Position numbers and translations under genes: made by a program. DNA of 63,818 nucleotides, the filler included, from Sphacelaria rigidula (Eukaryota), in the NCBI GenBank assembly GCA_964200075.2. It is 11 parts of 11 records of this genome, joined end to end, with 100 filler letters (N's around TTAATTAATTAA, not from the genome) between each part and the next. Parts side by side here need not be neighbours in the genome. Positions count along the whole stretch, not along the records: positions 46,489 to 52,198 come from CAXNAA020025059.1; positions 52,299 to 58,008 come from CAXNAA020025060.1; positions 58,109 to 63,818 come from CAXNAA020025061.1; 8 more parts are not named here. One strand, given 5' to 3'. The first letter of the stretch is position 1; each line of letters begins with the position of its first letter. Shown piece after piece: positions 50,823-63,730 of this stretch. The notes below the pieces were generated by a model, which did not search any database, was not told the origin of the DNA, and saw only the letters and a list, made by a program, of their open reading frames with translations.

Positions 50823-52298
50823 TGAAACACTCCATCCCCTCAAAATGGATGATCGCGGCTGGTATACGGACAGCTGGGAAGTTCGATGCATGCTCCATCT
50901 GACTTACGTGGGGCGCAGCAGCAGATACAGTTTGCGGTGGCCGCCTCCGGCAAGATCCATACATCTCATGGCGAGGGACGGGAGCAGGGCTCATGGCGAC
51001 TGCACATTTACCTCGAAGCACCGCTTTCCTGCGCTCCGTAACCTTCATTGACATCTAATTGTTCGGAAAATGCGAGTATACGCACCATCTAGCCGTGATG
51101 TGTGGCCTCGCCCATAGAAACAAACAAATCCACCCACAATTGATCGAAATGCCGTTGTAACGGGAGATATTGACGAATCAAGGAACAGCTTTTGGCACGG
51201 GAATCAACGAAGGTGGAAATTGTTTACTATGAAGAAGCCGTGGCAACGGGGGATTTACACAAAAAAGAAAAAATGGTATGGGAATGAACAAAGGTCGAGT
51301 TTGTTCGGTGTGAACACGAGAATGTATGTTACTTGCGGATGGGCTCGGCTGACGGTGAACGAGGCCACTCATCCCGGCCGGCGAGCGCATTTGCATTTCT
51401 ATTTCGAAAGTACTCTGATGTTTATGGAGGTTGGCCGAAGTTTATGGCAGAACCAAAGCACCGTATGTTCGTAAAATCTGTTTTTATCCGTGTGGACAAT
51501 TTCTTTTGTTACAGGGAACAAAATCCTCAACGAGCCTTAACGTGATCGTATTGCTGTCATCGATAGCAAGCGTATCCATACCCAACTTCCCTTCTCGCCA
51601 TCGCTCGATCTGTTCACACTGTTCTCCCATCACGCACTTGTCGCCCGTTCTCCTCAGAACATTCTGCAGCTGTTTCGCTGTGTCGGGAATGTGAGAAGCG
51701 TATCGTCCTCGCGAGACTGATGGCAGGACAGCTGACCAACGTGCCTGATGGAAAGCACCGACTTCGATGGCGCACATATACGTGTATTCGAGCACCGATG
51801 GCTCATGCATGCACATATCTGAGTACGTTTCGTAGACTGGTGCAGGGTACATCTCTCGTGTCTCGGTGCCCCTATCGGATGGCGTTGTCATCCTTTTCGT
51901 AGCGATGCCAGGAGTGGGTGACTACGCGCGACGTGTGGTGGTGGACATGCAGCAGAGTAGCTGTTTGGTAAAATCATTTTTTTATTTTATTGTGTTGCCA
52001 CTGAAGGGGTACCGACCACGTCGGTGACTGCAGCACAAAGCCGCGATATATGCGGATATGTTATTGGCGCATTGTTGTCCCGGCGAAGACATCCGAAACC
52101 TGGGGGGGGGGAGGGGGGGGGGGGGGGGGGGGAGGGTGTTCTAACAAACTCTATTGATGAGGCTAAATGCGGCAGAGACCCGGGGGGGAGCCGCCGGANN
52201 NNNNNNNNNNNNNNNNNNNNNNNNNNNNNNNNNNNNNNNNNNTTAATTAATTAANNNNNNNNNNNNNNNNNNNNNNNNNNNNNNNNNNNNNNNNNNNN

Positions 52299-52349
52299 GG
52301 TCAAACGACTAAGGCAAGCAACTAATGAGTACGCTCCTCCCCCCCCCCC
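52299..52349 (+). mobile_element. LINE 3' terminus with oligo(C) tail
   Basis: GGTCAAACGACTAAGGCAAGCAACTAATGAGTACG followed by a C-run. Confidence 0.7.
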
Positions 52350-52486
52350 AATATATCGTCATGTGCACTTTGTTTGACGCAAACCGCGACTCTGTGGTCA
52401 TTTACCGGTTGACTGACGTTACTGCTACAGCGCCAACAAACTTTCATCGCCGTTTCGTCTTACCCTGGGCTGGTCGTTGTCTGCAG

Positions 52487-55400
52487 GGCGCGCAAAAGCG
52501 TGATGTGGTACGCAGGCTGGTGAAGGACGGTCAACTATCCTTCATCAACGGCGGGTGAGAAACGTTGTGGGAGGGAAAAAGCAGAAGCCATGGAAACGAA
52601 CGGTTTCGGGTCATGGGGGTCGCCTACATTACTACAGGAAAACCAGTTTATCTCCGAGGGACGTGGCTTTTTATACAGCCAACTGTGCAGTGCGCAATGT
52701 ACTCCGTTTTTGCGGCTCGAAAAGTCAATTGACATTCGTTCAGGTTTACCTTATATTACTCCCCCTTTTTCTTCAACAGGGTGTTTTTGCTCTTTTCCTC
52801 ATTTCTCGAGTTTTGTTCAGCGAACGTGTCCATTCATGTAGCCTGGGTACGTACAAATATTATGACCACGGATAGTTGCGCACCGGATCAATTAGTGTGC
52901 GACAATCAATCAGCCAATCAGATCAATCAGCCAATCAGCACGTGCGGGAAATACAGGTGGGTCATGCACGATGAAGCAGCAGCTCACTACATCGGCATGG
53001 TGGACCAGACCCATCTCGGACATACCTTTCTTCGACGTGAGTTCGGCGAGGACGCTTTGCCGACGGTAGCTTGGCAGATCGACCCCTTCGGACATTCCGC
53101 TACACAAGCCTCGCTCTTGGGCGCCCAAGTGAGCTAGAGGCTGAAACCAGATCGTAGATTGTATCTTTATATATATTGAGGGTTAGGAAGATCTAAGGAT
53201 CGATTATATACTGCATCTGTTTTGTTTTTATGCTCTTGAAGTGGATGGGCATCCGTTCGAAGCACCAATCAAATAATGATTAAAATATATGATATATAAA
53301 TGGGTACAAAATAATGATCGGGTTGGTGGGTTGGGTTGGATTATTGTTTTTTTGACAAGGGGGAAACAATATCGAGCATTTATGTTTATTCACCTGAAAA
53401 ACGTTCATGTTGTGTCTAATGACCACGGCTACATCCGTGGCGGGTGAATTCAGATGATGTGCGACGACGAATCAAAATCGAAGAACCAAACCGATCCATT
53501 TATATGGTAGTGCGGGAGCTGTAGACGTTGTGTTAACTCTTATTTATTTGCGTTTAATTTTGTTTTAAGGGTCTGTTTGTGGTGGTCCATGTTTTTTTCT
53601 GTGCGATCTCGCGGGCGTCTAAGTGAACGTGAAATGCGTGCCTCAATTTCTTTCTATAATGTCACGTGCGCTATGCCTTCTAGTTTTTTTTTGTCGGGTT
53701 TTACTGAACGTTTTCCCACTTGTTCTGCATTCCACACCAACATGCGACTCCACAAGACTGCAGTCCGACATTTTTTGCCTTCAGGTGTCAACCCTCCCTT
53801 TTCTCCGGATCCAAACCTTGTCCTCCGTGAAACCAGGCCGGCTTCGAGGCGCTATACTTCGGCCGCATAGACTACCAAGACAAGGAGAAGCGCATAGCCG
53901 AGAGTGATATGGAGATGATTTGGAGATCTAGTCGTTCTCTCGAGGAAAATGCGCAGATTTTCACAGGTACGGGACCATCCCAGGGAGGGCATTGGGCTAG
54001 GGCCGGCCAGGATAAGGGTTTCGGGGCTGGGCTCCCGGTCGGGCTTTAGGTCTAGGAGTAGGAAGTTAGGGTTTGGGGTTTGACTGGTGAGGCTACGCTT
54101 GTGTACTGTTTGTTCAGCCTTTGAGGTGGATCGCATCATGAGCTGCTCGACTTCATGTTTGCTGCGCAGTGCGCGTATGTTGAGGGCGTCAGCTGCACCC
54201 GGCTTCCGTTCGCAGCAAAATTTGGCGCTTCTAGTAACAACGTTTCCGAGGATCCGAGCCGCCTGTTGTCTTTCATGTGTCACACGCAAGAGCTCCCACC
54301 CCCAGGTCGAACCGATTGTATTTTCTCCATCGCCGCCGTTTCCGAATACGAAACAAAACTTGAAAAAAAATGTCATTTCTGATGTCTACGTCGCGGATGT
54401 CGTTCTTTTGTTGTCCTCCTCTTCTGCCTTAAGTATGGCACTTGACTTGGACCGTCCAATCTTGCTTGGTCGGAATCATCGAATCGTCCGGTCCTGTGTT
54501 TTCTCCGTAGGAGTGTTTCACAGCGGGAACTACGGCCCGCCGGTGGGATTCTGTTTCGACGAAGCTTGTCAAGACGAGCCCATGATGACTGACCCGCTCA
54601 TGTCGGACTACAATGTAGAGAGGAGAGCGGGAGATTTTATCAATGCCTGCGAGGTGAGATGGCGGCCCCCCTGCCCCTGTTTACTTTGGCGTCATGTTTT
54701 GTTTGGTCTCGCTGTATGTTTTGTTTCTTGGTGATGTTTCGTGCTGGCGCTGGTGGGCTTTTGTGTTTAGTGTTGATTCTGCGTTTGTGTTTGTCGTATG
54801 TGTGTATGTATGTATGTATGTATGTACGTACGTATGTGTGTGTACGTATGTATGTATCGATGAATGTATTAGTGTATCGATGCATGTATGTATCGATGTA
54901 TGTATCAGTGTATCAATGCATGTATGTATCAATGTATGTATCAGTGTATCAATGCATGTATGTATCAATGTATGTATCGATGTATCGATGCATGTATGTA
55001 TGCATGTACGGATGTATGTATGTATGTGTGTATGTGTGTATGTATGTATGTATGTATGTATGTATGTATGTATGTATGTATCAGTGTATCAGTGTATCAG
55101 TGTATCAGTGTATCAGTGTATCAGTGTATCAGTGTATCAGTGTATCAGTGTATCAGTGTATCAATGCATGTATGTATGTATGTATATATTGTATGTATGT
55201 ATGTATGTATGTATGTATGTATACATCCATCTATCTTCGTATCTATGCATGTATGAATCTATGTATGTGCCAGCCTCTCTCTTGTCATGGAGAAAACACG
55301 ACACGTTTGCCCGTGTCCGACGTCGTCCGCCACTGTGGGGCCGTGTTTGTGCACAACAATTGAATCGCAGGAGCTAGGGCGGCACACTCGAGGAGATGAC

Positions 55401-55505
55401 ATCATGCTGCAGATGGGCGGAGATTTCGGATTCGAAAATGCCAACGCCTGGTTCAAGAATCTTGACGTGCTCATGAAGGCTGTTAACCAAGAGGGGCGTG
55501 TGAAT
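52487..55505 (+). CDS. Glycoside hydrolase family 38 alpha-mannosidase (lysosomal/vacuolar type), internal exons 52487-52554, 52957-53128, 53837-53966, 54511-54653, 55371-55505
   Basis: Spliced in phase: [20 protein letters not shown]...WQIDPFGHS (catalytic nucleophile motif)...[16 protein letters not shown]...-NYGPP.GFCFD...-MGGDF...WFKNLD.L. Confidence 0.97.
54797..55268. repeat. Compound (TATG)n / (TCAGTGTA)n intronic microsatellite
   Basis: Direct reading. Confidence 0.95.
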
Positions 55506-55613
55506 GTGAGTCGTGATGTCACCTCCTCGCCTCCTCCTACCTTATCAGTATTCTCGTAAATTGGATCATGAATGCATTGTCTTGTAATTGAACAATGACG
55601 GAATTAGATAATA

Positions 55614-56123
55614 CTCCATCTGTCCGGAAATATAAGCACGGTTGGAGGAAAAAACGGTCTTACCCCGGCTTTTTTGTTCGTTCTCCGAACGTTTTTTTCT
55701 TCGCGCGGTTCGCCCCAAACCGGTATTTTTCAATTTTTCCACCAAAAATGGTTCTCTCACCCCAGCAGAAGTATGGTAGCTCAAAATTACAAAATTACCC
55801 CCCTCACTCGGAACCTCCGATCAAAAGCTTCCCCATCTTTTGGGCCGAAGCGCAGGAATTCCAACGATCTGGAAAAGGGTGCGGTGATTCGGTACCTCCT
55901 CGCTGGTTGTGTTCCCGGATATCCCAACCAGGGGACGCGAAACATGCATCCCCTCCCTTCCAGACTTTTTTTTTAATTCATCCATCCGTGTGATATTCGA
56001 TCGCAATTCATACCCGTCGGACATCAAACAAGGACTAAGCCACCTACTCCGGAGCATATGGTAGCGACCTTGCTTACATTCCCGGATACCCCAACCTTAC
56101 CTATATTTCCGGACAGAGGGGGA
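55614..56123. mobile_element. Stowaway-like (Tc1/mariner) MITE
   Basis: TA-CTCCATCTGTCCGGAAATATA...TATATTTCCGGACAGAGGGGGA-TA. Confidence 0.75.
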
Positions 56124-57145
56124 TAGTGTTTTTAATTTTCTACTTTCGCAATGATACTTGGGCATGGCAGGTATCTGTAGACGCGTGAGGTGCAGTAAAA
56201 GGGCCATGCATCAATCGCACCCGAGGGAAAAAATGCGTCCTGGGTATTTCTGTTATGCTAATGCGTCTCACCTGCTACTCGCCACCTGCCCTTGCCCTGA
56301 TCCTCTGTATTGTGATGCTGTGTGCTGGTCTTCCTCACTGTGAGGTTGTGCGAATAAAGTGTTGGAGGATCGAACGATATGCTCAATAATTATTACGTCG
56401 CGTCCTGTTTGTCAGAGTCATTGATCAAGAACTCGACATTACATTAATAGAACAACACTACACGGACCGCCCTAAGCATGGGATCCAATTTCTACCCGGT
56501 GCGGTCCTCAATAGCAGTGCTGTAACTCGCCACTCATGCTTGTGGCGATCGCGCCTCAACAACCCAGCTTCGCAAGTTAGGCAAGGAAAGTTTGGGGAGT
56601 ACAGTATGCAGGTGGAACGTCCGTATGTGCGTGATATGAGGTAGAACCAGTCAACTCCCCAAATGCCATGACAACCTGAGGGGTGTGACTCGTGCAGGCA
56701 TGTAAGCTAAGTTTGTTCCGGTATTCCAGTTGTGTAATGTACGTTTTCCGGACGTTTCTGCGGTTATGCAACCCCCGCCCCGCTACGCTTGATCCACGAA
56801 TGGTTTTCCCATACTGACAAGGTTGCGTGCTCCCTAACTTGGTCTCAGTGGAGAATGACTCTACACGGCGAATATATCCAGTGTGTACTCCACATTACAT
56901 CCACCAAGTCAAGACTAAAAAATCAGAGCACTGACGCAGCTGCTGCGGTAGTCACTCGCCGTGGGTGCGCATAACAGTAGGATACGGTGGATACCACCTG
57001 GGGTGATGCCGAACCCAACACCACTTTTTTCATTAAACTGCGGAGGCAATGTCGTCGAAAGTTGTGTGCCGTTGGGAATATTGTTTCGTGTAGAGATCTT
57101 ATGGCAGCGCGGGGCGTTGCGTGTAGAGCGAATCGATCTTTTCCC

Positions 57146-57244
57146 CACCTGGGACAATATATGATCAATAGTTGCAATTGGCCTATACTTTACGCAGTAC
57201 ATTTCTTGTCTATTGCAACTATTGACCACATATTGTCCAAGGTG
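57146..57244. repeat. 33-bp-arm inverted repeat (mini MITE or hairpin)
   Basis: CACCTGGGACAATATATGATCAATAGTTGCAAT versus ATTGCAACTATTGACCACATATTGTCCAAGGTG. Confidence 0.8.
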
Positions 57245-59462
57245 TGATATTTTCCAACTATATACGTAGTATATATATGTGTGTGTAGATTCGCGAGGGT
57301 GTGTTCTGTGGGGTATATCGACGAAAAGTAGGGTATTTACACAAGTATAAAAGGGATATTTTTATCAGTAAATACCGTTCCGAACCATACCTCAGTGTTC
57401 GTAACAGGGCTCGCTACCTTGTCAAACCTTTCCAAAACGTGCACCCAGCATTCCGATACGATCTGATATGCCAACTCAGAATCGCCCACCTCCGGGCGTA
57501 CCCTACAGAAGACAACCTTGTCAATTTATATCCCTTGGCTGCCCGGGAAATTTACGGCGTAACGGACGGTGGTGTTCTTGCAGTACACTTGTTGCGGATC
57601 AAACGTTTGTATCGGACGCTTGTGGTTGTTCCTTCCCGCCGCGTTTACACAGGTGTTGCTAGTGAGAACAGACACCTCACGAAATGAAGTGTGGACAGTC
57701 TGGTGGCAGTGGTAAACGGGGCAATATTTGGTGCATCTGTGCATTCATGTTTACATAAAAATACCACACGGTGGACAATAGATTATTATTGTAAAAAAAT
57801 GTACTGCGTGTAGGGTGGCACCCACTGTCTGTTGCAACAGGCGCAATAGTCGATACTGTACGCAGTACACTTTTTGACTGTGTATCCTATTGTTCAGGGT
57901 GTGAAAAATACCACGGTTGTCAATTTTCCATGTGTTGCCGCCGCGCCCCGGTGGCGTAATGGTCCGACTGTCGCCATTAGGGTGGAGAGAACGGGGGTTC
58001 GATTCCCGNNNNNNNNNNNNNNNNNNNNNNNNNNNNNNNNNNNNNNNNNNNNTTAATTAATTAANNNNNNNNNNNNNNNNNNNNNNNNNNNNNNNNNNNN
58101 NNNNNNNNACACCCCCAAAAAAAAAAAGAACACCCTCCCCCCAAAAACAAAAACCCCCCCCCCTTTTTTCTTCGCACCCCCCCCCCCCCCCCCCCCCCCT
58201 CCCTCTCCGCCTTCCCCGTCCTCCCTCCCCCCCCAACAACTCACGAGCACGTAAATCAAGTCGTCCATCCCATTGCGTACTTCGAAATATACGAGCCTCC
58301 TTGTTGCACACACTCCACCCCTACCCGACCTTCAATTCCCCAACTTACGATATCTTGATGTGCTGTAGTAGGTTGGGGGGAACGTTACATGCGTAATTTC
58401 TTCCCGACATTCCACTTTGCGGGAGAATCGAAGAAAAAGTGAAGAAATGCTCATGCGGGGTTCTCCACCCGAACTTTCCCCTCGTCAGTGGATGTTCCAC
58501 ACCATCCCAAATGTAATGGTCTGATTCGTTCATGCGGCAGCAACCGAAAATGTTCGAGGAAGGGAAGGATGTGGTAAATACAACACGTATAACTGATGCG
58601 TATATCGCCCGAACGCTGTTTGATTCATGCCGGTGACAGAAAACAATAACAAGGGGACAAATGGACGGACAGAAGACAAACCCCCGAAAAAACAGACCTC
58701 TCATAGTATTCTTCTTCGAACTTTCGCAGAGCTGATGGATTTGTGAAGGCGACAAAAACCAAAAAAACAGGAAGCCCATGATTTTAATTTATACGTAATA
58801 TACGCTTATTTGACTTGTACTTTACTTTGGCGGAGTCTATGGATTTGCATCACCATCGTCGTCCCATCGGCACCACCACTGCTGATCAACTTCTATCCCG
58901 ACGATCTTGAAACTATACCTCGGGGTGAAATTGAGAAAGAAAAAACCAGCTGAAACAGCCAAGACAAAGAAACTACCGCTTCTATAGTTACAACCGAACA
59001 CACAAAACAATCCAATTCCCACGGCAAAGCCATAATCTTCGGGTCTCATCAAAGCCGATATCAACGCTATTGCTACAGTGAAACAGTCAGTAGGCCACCA
59101 CAATTGCGCCTGTGGGATGTTGCTCGACTCCTATACTGTCACGGCAAGAGGTGCGCCGACCGCACCGAACTGTACTCAGCTTACGCAGGCCCGCTCCCCA
59201 CCACTTTTGCAGCCCGCTTCACTTCCGGGGGCTCTTGCTAATACTTTCATTGACGGGGGCGGTCAGAGTCCGGTGGATCACGTGCGTATTAAAAAAACGT
59301 TGCGGAAATCAACATCATCACATACCAGTATCCGACAATTCTTGTCATTTTCCATCAGAACCAACATCATGTTCCTAAAGTCTCCGTGCCCTTGCAAAGC
59401 ACCCACTATGAATAGTATCAAGCACTGCGGTACCGCCAGGCGATCGATGCAGCGGTGCCAGA

Positions 59463-61911
59463 CTAGACTGTTGCCTGCCCATGATCCACATACGGACCAT
59501 GGATCGTTTCTCGTCCATGATTCACATATGCCTCATTATTCATCGCTTTGGCAGTGGCACGGCCGCGTGACTTTTTCCTCGCGAAACAAACGCCGAAAAA
59601 TCCGCCGAGGAGCACCACCGCCACAACGAGCCCCGCGATGACCGCCGTCACGTTGTTATCGTACACTGTGTCGTGCATGTCGTCGTCGTAATGATGAGCC
59701 CCGTCATCAGAGTCGCGGTTATGACTCTCCAAGCCGCCTAGGGCTCGGTTATTTGCATCATCTGATGGTGGAGAAGATGATGACAACGACATGAGTTCCG
59801 CTCCGGATGGATCGTCGTCCGTTCCCTGTTTCCGATCAACAGTGAAAGGGTTGGGAAGCACAAAAATAAAAAACAATGTCACATATAAATGAAGAAATAA
59901 ATGAATAAAAATATGAATAATAGAACCAAAAATCAGAAATTGAAAAAAAATGTACTGATACATGGTTATTGTGGAGCATGAATTCTGAAATAAAATTGAA
60001 ATCAGAATCAAATGAAAGATGAAAAAACGCTTTGTTTCTTGTCGTTGCTCAAGGGAAATTATTTGCATTAAAGAGCGGCGGGGCAAGCTGGAGAGGCAGG
60101 CAGGAAGGGAGGAGTGACTGCTGTAATAATCGTGATCACGCGGTGTTTCATAACATCCACCAGTAGTTTTTACCTTACCCAGCCTTACGCATCTTCTGCT
60201 GCTTTCCGTCGAACGAAGACGCAAAAACGTGAACTAGCAAGGAAAACAACGAAAGTAAAGCCGACGGGCTGAGGGAGCGCTGATGGTCATGATCCAATGC
60301 TTGACGAAAGACACCGCAGGGCATGTACAGTGCCGGGGGAGACATGGGTTGATGCCTTGAGGCTGATCACGGACCCATCCCAAAGAGAGGAGATTGGGCG
60401 TGAGGGGTATGACAGCAAGAAAGGCACACACACATGCAGAGGAAGGATAACGCGTGGTTCACGCAGCCTTACAAAGCTATTCTTCATGTCATCATTCCAC
60501 TGGCCGGTGGTTCACAGTTTCTTTTCATTTCTTGATTTGCTTGTGTAGCCACCTCTATGCGATAGCGCCGGCAGCCTGTGGTGGACCATTTTGTGTGCAA
60601 TTTTTGGAGGTCCATAGTGTTCTCGTGAGATTGAGAGTCTAGCGTTGATTGAGAGTGAGCTTTGTTGTTCGCCCCAACTTGACCAATTGTTTCATTTTGC
60701 GTGTGCTTCAATATGTCTGTACCACTGCCGTGTGCTCACAGCTACACGTCGATATCCAACTCCGGGATGCCAAAGGCTTCAGTGGCAAACTACTGCTACA
60801 AAAAGCGTATCGGGCCTCGTATAAGGCCAAGAGGGGCATCTCGGAACTGAAACGTTTTGTTCTGTTTAGATAGGGTATACCCGGAAGCGGCGGATTTTTG
60901 GTTGAGATGCTACAAAAAACCATACCGAGATATGTACTCAACATTCCCGTACGGTCCGCCAGGGTGTCAAGCCCTGTTCCACACAATCCGGTATGGTTGA
61001 GAAGGGAATTTTACCGATAAAAATGCCGCTTATTTGTACTTCTGGTGTGAATACTCGAATTTCAGCCGCTATACCCTACAGAACACAACCTTGCAATTGC
61101 TATTTTGTACTGTTGCAGCATATACCTGGTGCATTGTTCAGTAGGGGGACAGTACGCAAGAGTTGACTTGCCGTATCTCAAGCTATAAATACGACGACCG
61201 GTTGATTAACTGGAAACCAGTTATATCGATCGGAGTAAATTCTTACGTAAACTTGAGTCAGGCGTTCTGAAAATCCTGTTCCGATGATATATCGTAAAGC
61301 CAATTCTGAGCCTCAGAGTGGACATTTTTGTGCGCTTTCTCGACTAATTTCTCACAGCCCGACACCGTGAAAGCAGACAGCTCTCTGAGACCTACCTACT
61401 GCTTGAGCCTGATATATGTCAGAAGCATCTTCACGCTGAGCTCTGAGACCTACTGTTTGAGCCTGATATATGTCAGAAGCATTCCCACGATGACCCATGC
61501 AAGTGTCAACGTCCTCAGCGTTCAATGGGTGGGTAACTCAAGCGAAAGAGATGCAGTTAAGAGGGGAGTCACCTGGGCGGTTGGGAGCGTTTCAGATTAA
61601 TGCCCCGCAGGCAGGATGCTTTTTTCAATGTTCCGCATTTGCGGATTTTACGAGAAAAATCTGTGCGGCTCGGTGCACTGTCGCGCAAGTTCTAGGGAGA
61701 TGGGTCCATTGCCTACAGCTCGCACTACAGTAATCGACAGCTACAGTTGTGCACCTCAGCATGACCTGTCGCAGTTTTGGTGTCGGTGTGTAATTAGCGA
61801 GAAATTCAGAGTCATGCTACTCGTACGGTGGAGGAGGGGGTCATCGATCCCACGACAAACAGGAGCTTACAGGTGTGTCAGACATTATATCTACTCCCAG
61901 GTGCCTTTGTA
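59463..61911 (-). CDS. Single-pass type I membrane protein, 3' part (last exon 59825-59463; candidate micro-exons 60233-60189, 60499-60473, 61911-61871)
   Basis: Last exon has an Asp/His-rich stalk, TM helix VTAVIAGLVVAVVLLGGFFGVCFA, basic stop-transfer RKKSRGR and a short tail. Upstream micro-exons have AG acceptors and GTAAG donors. Confidence 0.65.
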
Positions 61912-62890
61912 CTTGCGTGAAAACGGTGTCAAGTGGTGTGTGTGAATGAGCGTGTCTTGTTGGTAACAAGCCTGTTCGAACAACCGCTGCTACTTTCAAC
62001 GGCGGTTCGAGGTGGAATTTAGTGGAAAAGAACGGCACAAAATACCTGCCCGTCCTCTTTGGTAGCATCACACTACACATACATGATAGTCAAAATCGAC
62101 AAGCGCGCGCGCCTGAGGGTAAACGAACTCCCCCGACATTTTGGGGGGCCAAACCAAAAACAAAGCATGAGGAATTCCAAATATTCAATCAGGATACACT
62201 GCGTCATATCTTGTGATGTATCAAACACACGAGGTATTTCCCCAACTACTGCAGACGGACGTGCTTCTTGATGTTTTGGTGCACCGTTGAATTCTTCTTC
62301 CAATTGTAGTTTTGTGCACACGATAAATTACATCAGTTTGCTCCTTGTGTTATGGAAAACACAACCAGATGGAAGAAAAGTACCCCGGCCGCTCGTGCGA
62401 GATTTTTCTCACGCGGTTTGTTACGGAGCTTTTCATCCAGCAATAGTTGCTCATGAAAAAATAAACGTTTTCAAGGGGAAAGACGTCATTTTTCGGAGGC
62501 ACGTCTGAAAGCTCACGCCATTTCTGAAGCAGTTTCAGACTAAATTTTCGAAAACACTTGCTCGTCAACGACCAAGTACCACAGCTAACCCCTCCCGTCC
62601 CCCCACCAAAGTATCTGCTGCCAACAACGTGCAATACTCAATGTCACAAAATGAGCAGTTTTGAAAAGAATTTCATACGAGAACGTTGTCCCAAAAACGG
62701 TCAACATTAATTCCCAGACAACCCTATTTCGATTTCTCAGACCCCATAAAAAATGGCCCACGACGTTTCTTACAGTTAATATTGCTGGAGGGGGGCTAGT
62801 TTCCACGTTGGAACATTTGACACGGTTTTTGGCCCTCGAACAGGGAGTATCGCCTTCATACAGCGCCTGATGTTTGGACATGGCAGGGAT

Positions 62891-63445
62891 GGGGAGGGGG
62901 GGGTACTCATTTGTTAGTTACCTGAGACATTTATTTCACTTTTGTCCACGCATCCACGTCGAGACGGAGCAGCATCTACAATATTCGAGCGCTCATCACG
63001 TTTCTTCCATACCTGGTACACTACATAGAACCTCATACACATCTCATCACCTTGCAGTTTAGCCGTCTGTGGCCGTCATCCATCCCCCCCCTAGTACAGT
63101 CATCATTTTTTCGCGACTGTCCAACGTACCAAATGATTTCATGCCACCTGCGCAGGGAGGGAGGGGGGGGCATACTCACATGTTGCTAGCCTTCGCCGTC
63201 TGACCATTGACCACGCATTCCTTTCGAGACGGAGCATGGTTCCTACTCCTAATAGACACCTCCAACATTCCGGCGCTTATTACGCTTCCTCCATACACTA
63301 CACAAAAACCTTTTACATATCTCATCCCCGTCTTGTTTCGCCGTCTGCGGCCACCATCTATCTCCTAGTGCAGCCATCGTTATCTCGCTACGGTCTAGTG
63401 CATCAAACGACTTCATGATATCTTCGTTCACGTCCCGCATTTCCC
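62891..63445 (-). mobile_element. Two tandem LINE ORF2 3'-end fragments with oligo(C) tails
   Basis: LGDRWWPQTAKQDGDEICKRFLCSVWRKRN in the 63249-63440 ORF and a more decayed copy (PQTAKLQGDEMC) at ~63035-63095. Each ends in TGAGTA plus a C-run on the minus strand. Confidence 0.75.
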
Positions 63446-63448
63446 CCT

Positions 63449-63625
63449 CTAGCTATTCTAGATACAAGTTATGATCCAAGTTTAGCAACAACACCAACAC
63501 CTAGAAATGATGATTCAGTTAGCTTTATTAAATATATTACTGAGGATTGGTCGAGAGTATTTGTTTGGAACAACAAAATTATTTCTAGAAAGACACATCG
63601 AATGAGTGAAAAGGAGATTAGAAAC
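63449..63625 (+). pseudogene. rps2: Nuclear plastid DNA insertion: 3' part of rps2 plus spacer
   Basis: [30 protein letters not shown] resembles the uS2 motif DTNCDP....PIP.NDD. AT-rich. Confidence 0.8.
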
Positions 63626-63730
63626 ATGACTTTGAATATTAGTTCAGAACTAGTTGAAAAATTGAGAGAAAAAACTGGTGCAGGGATGATGAATTGTGAA
63701 AAAGCTTTACTTGAGACAGCTGGTAATTTT
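63626..63730 (+). pseudogene. tsf: Nuclear plastid DNA insertion: 5' part of elongation factor Ts
   Basis: [35 protein letters not shown] matches the EF-Ts N-terminus. AAGGAG lies upstream; truncated by a (GT)n/G tract. Confidence 0.92.

Noticed and set aside
51484..51891. 135-aa minus-strand ORF as a gene
   Set aside because: No domain recognised and no consistent splice structure could be built.
54659..55377. Long Cys/Met/Tyr/Val ORFs
   Set aside because: Translations of an intronic microsatellite inside the GH38 gene.
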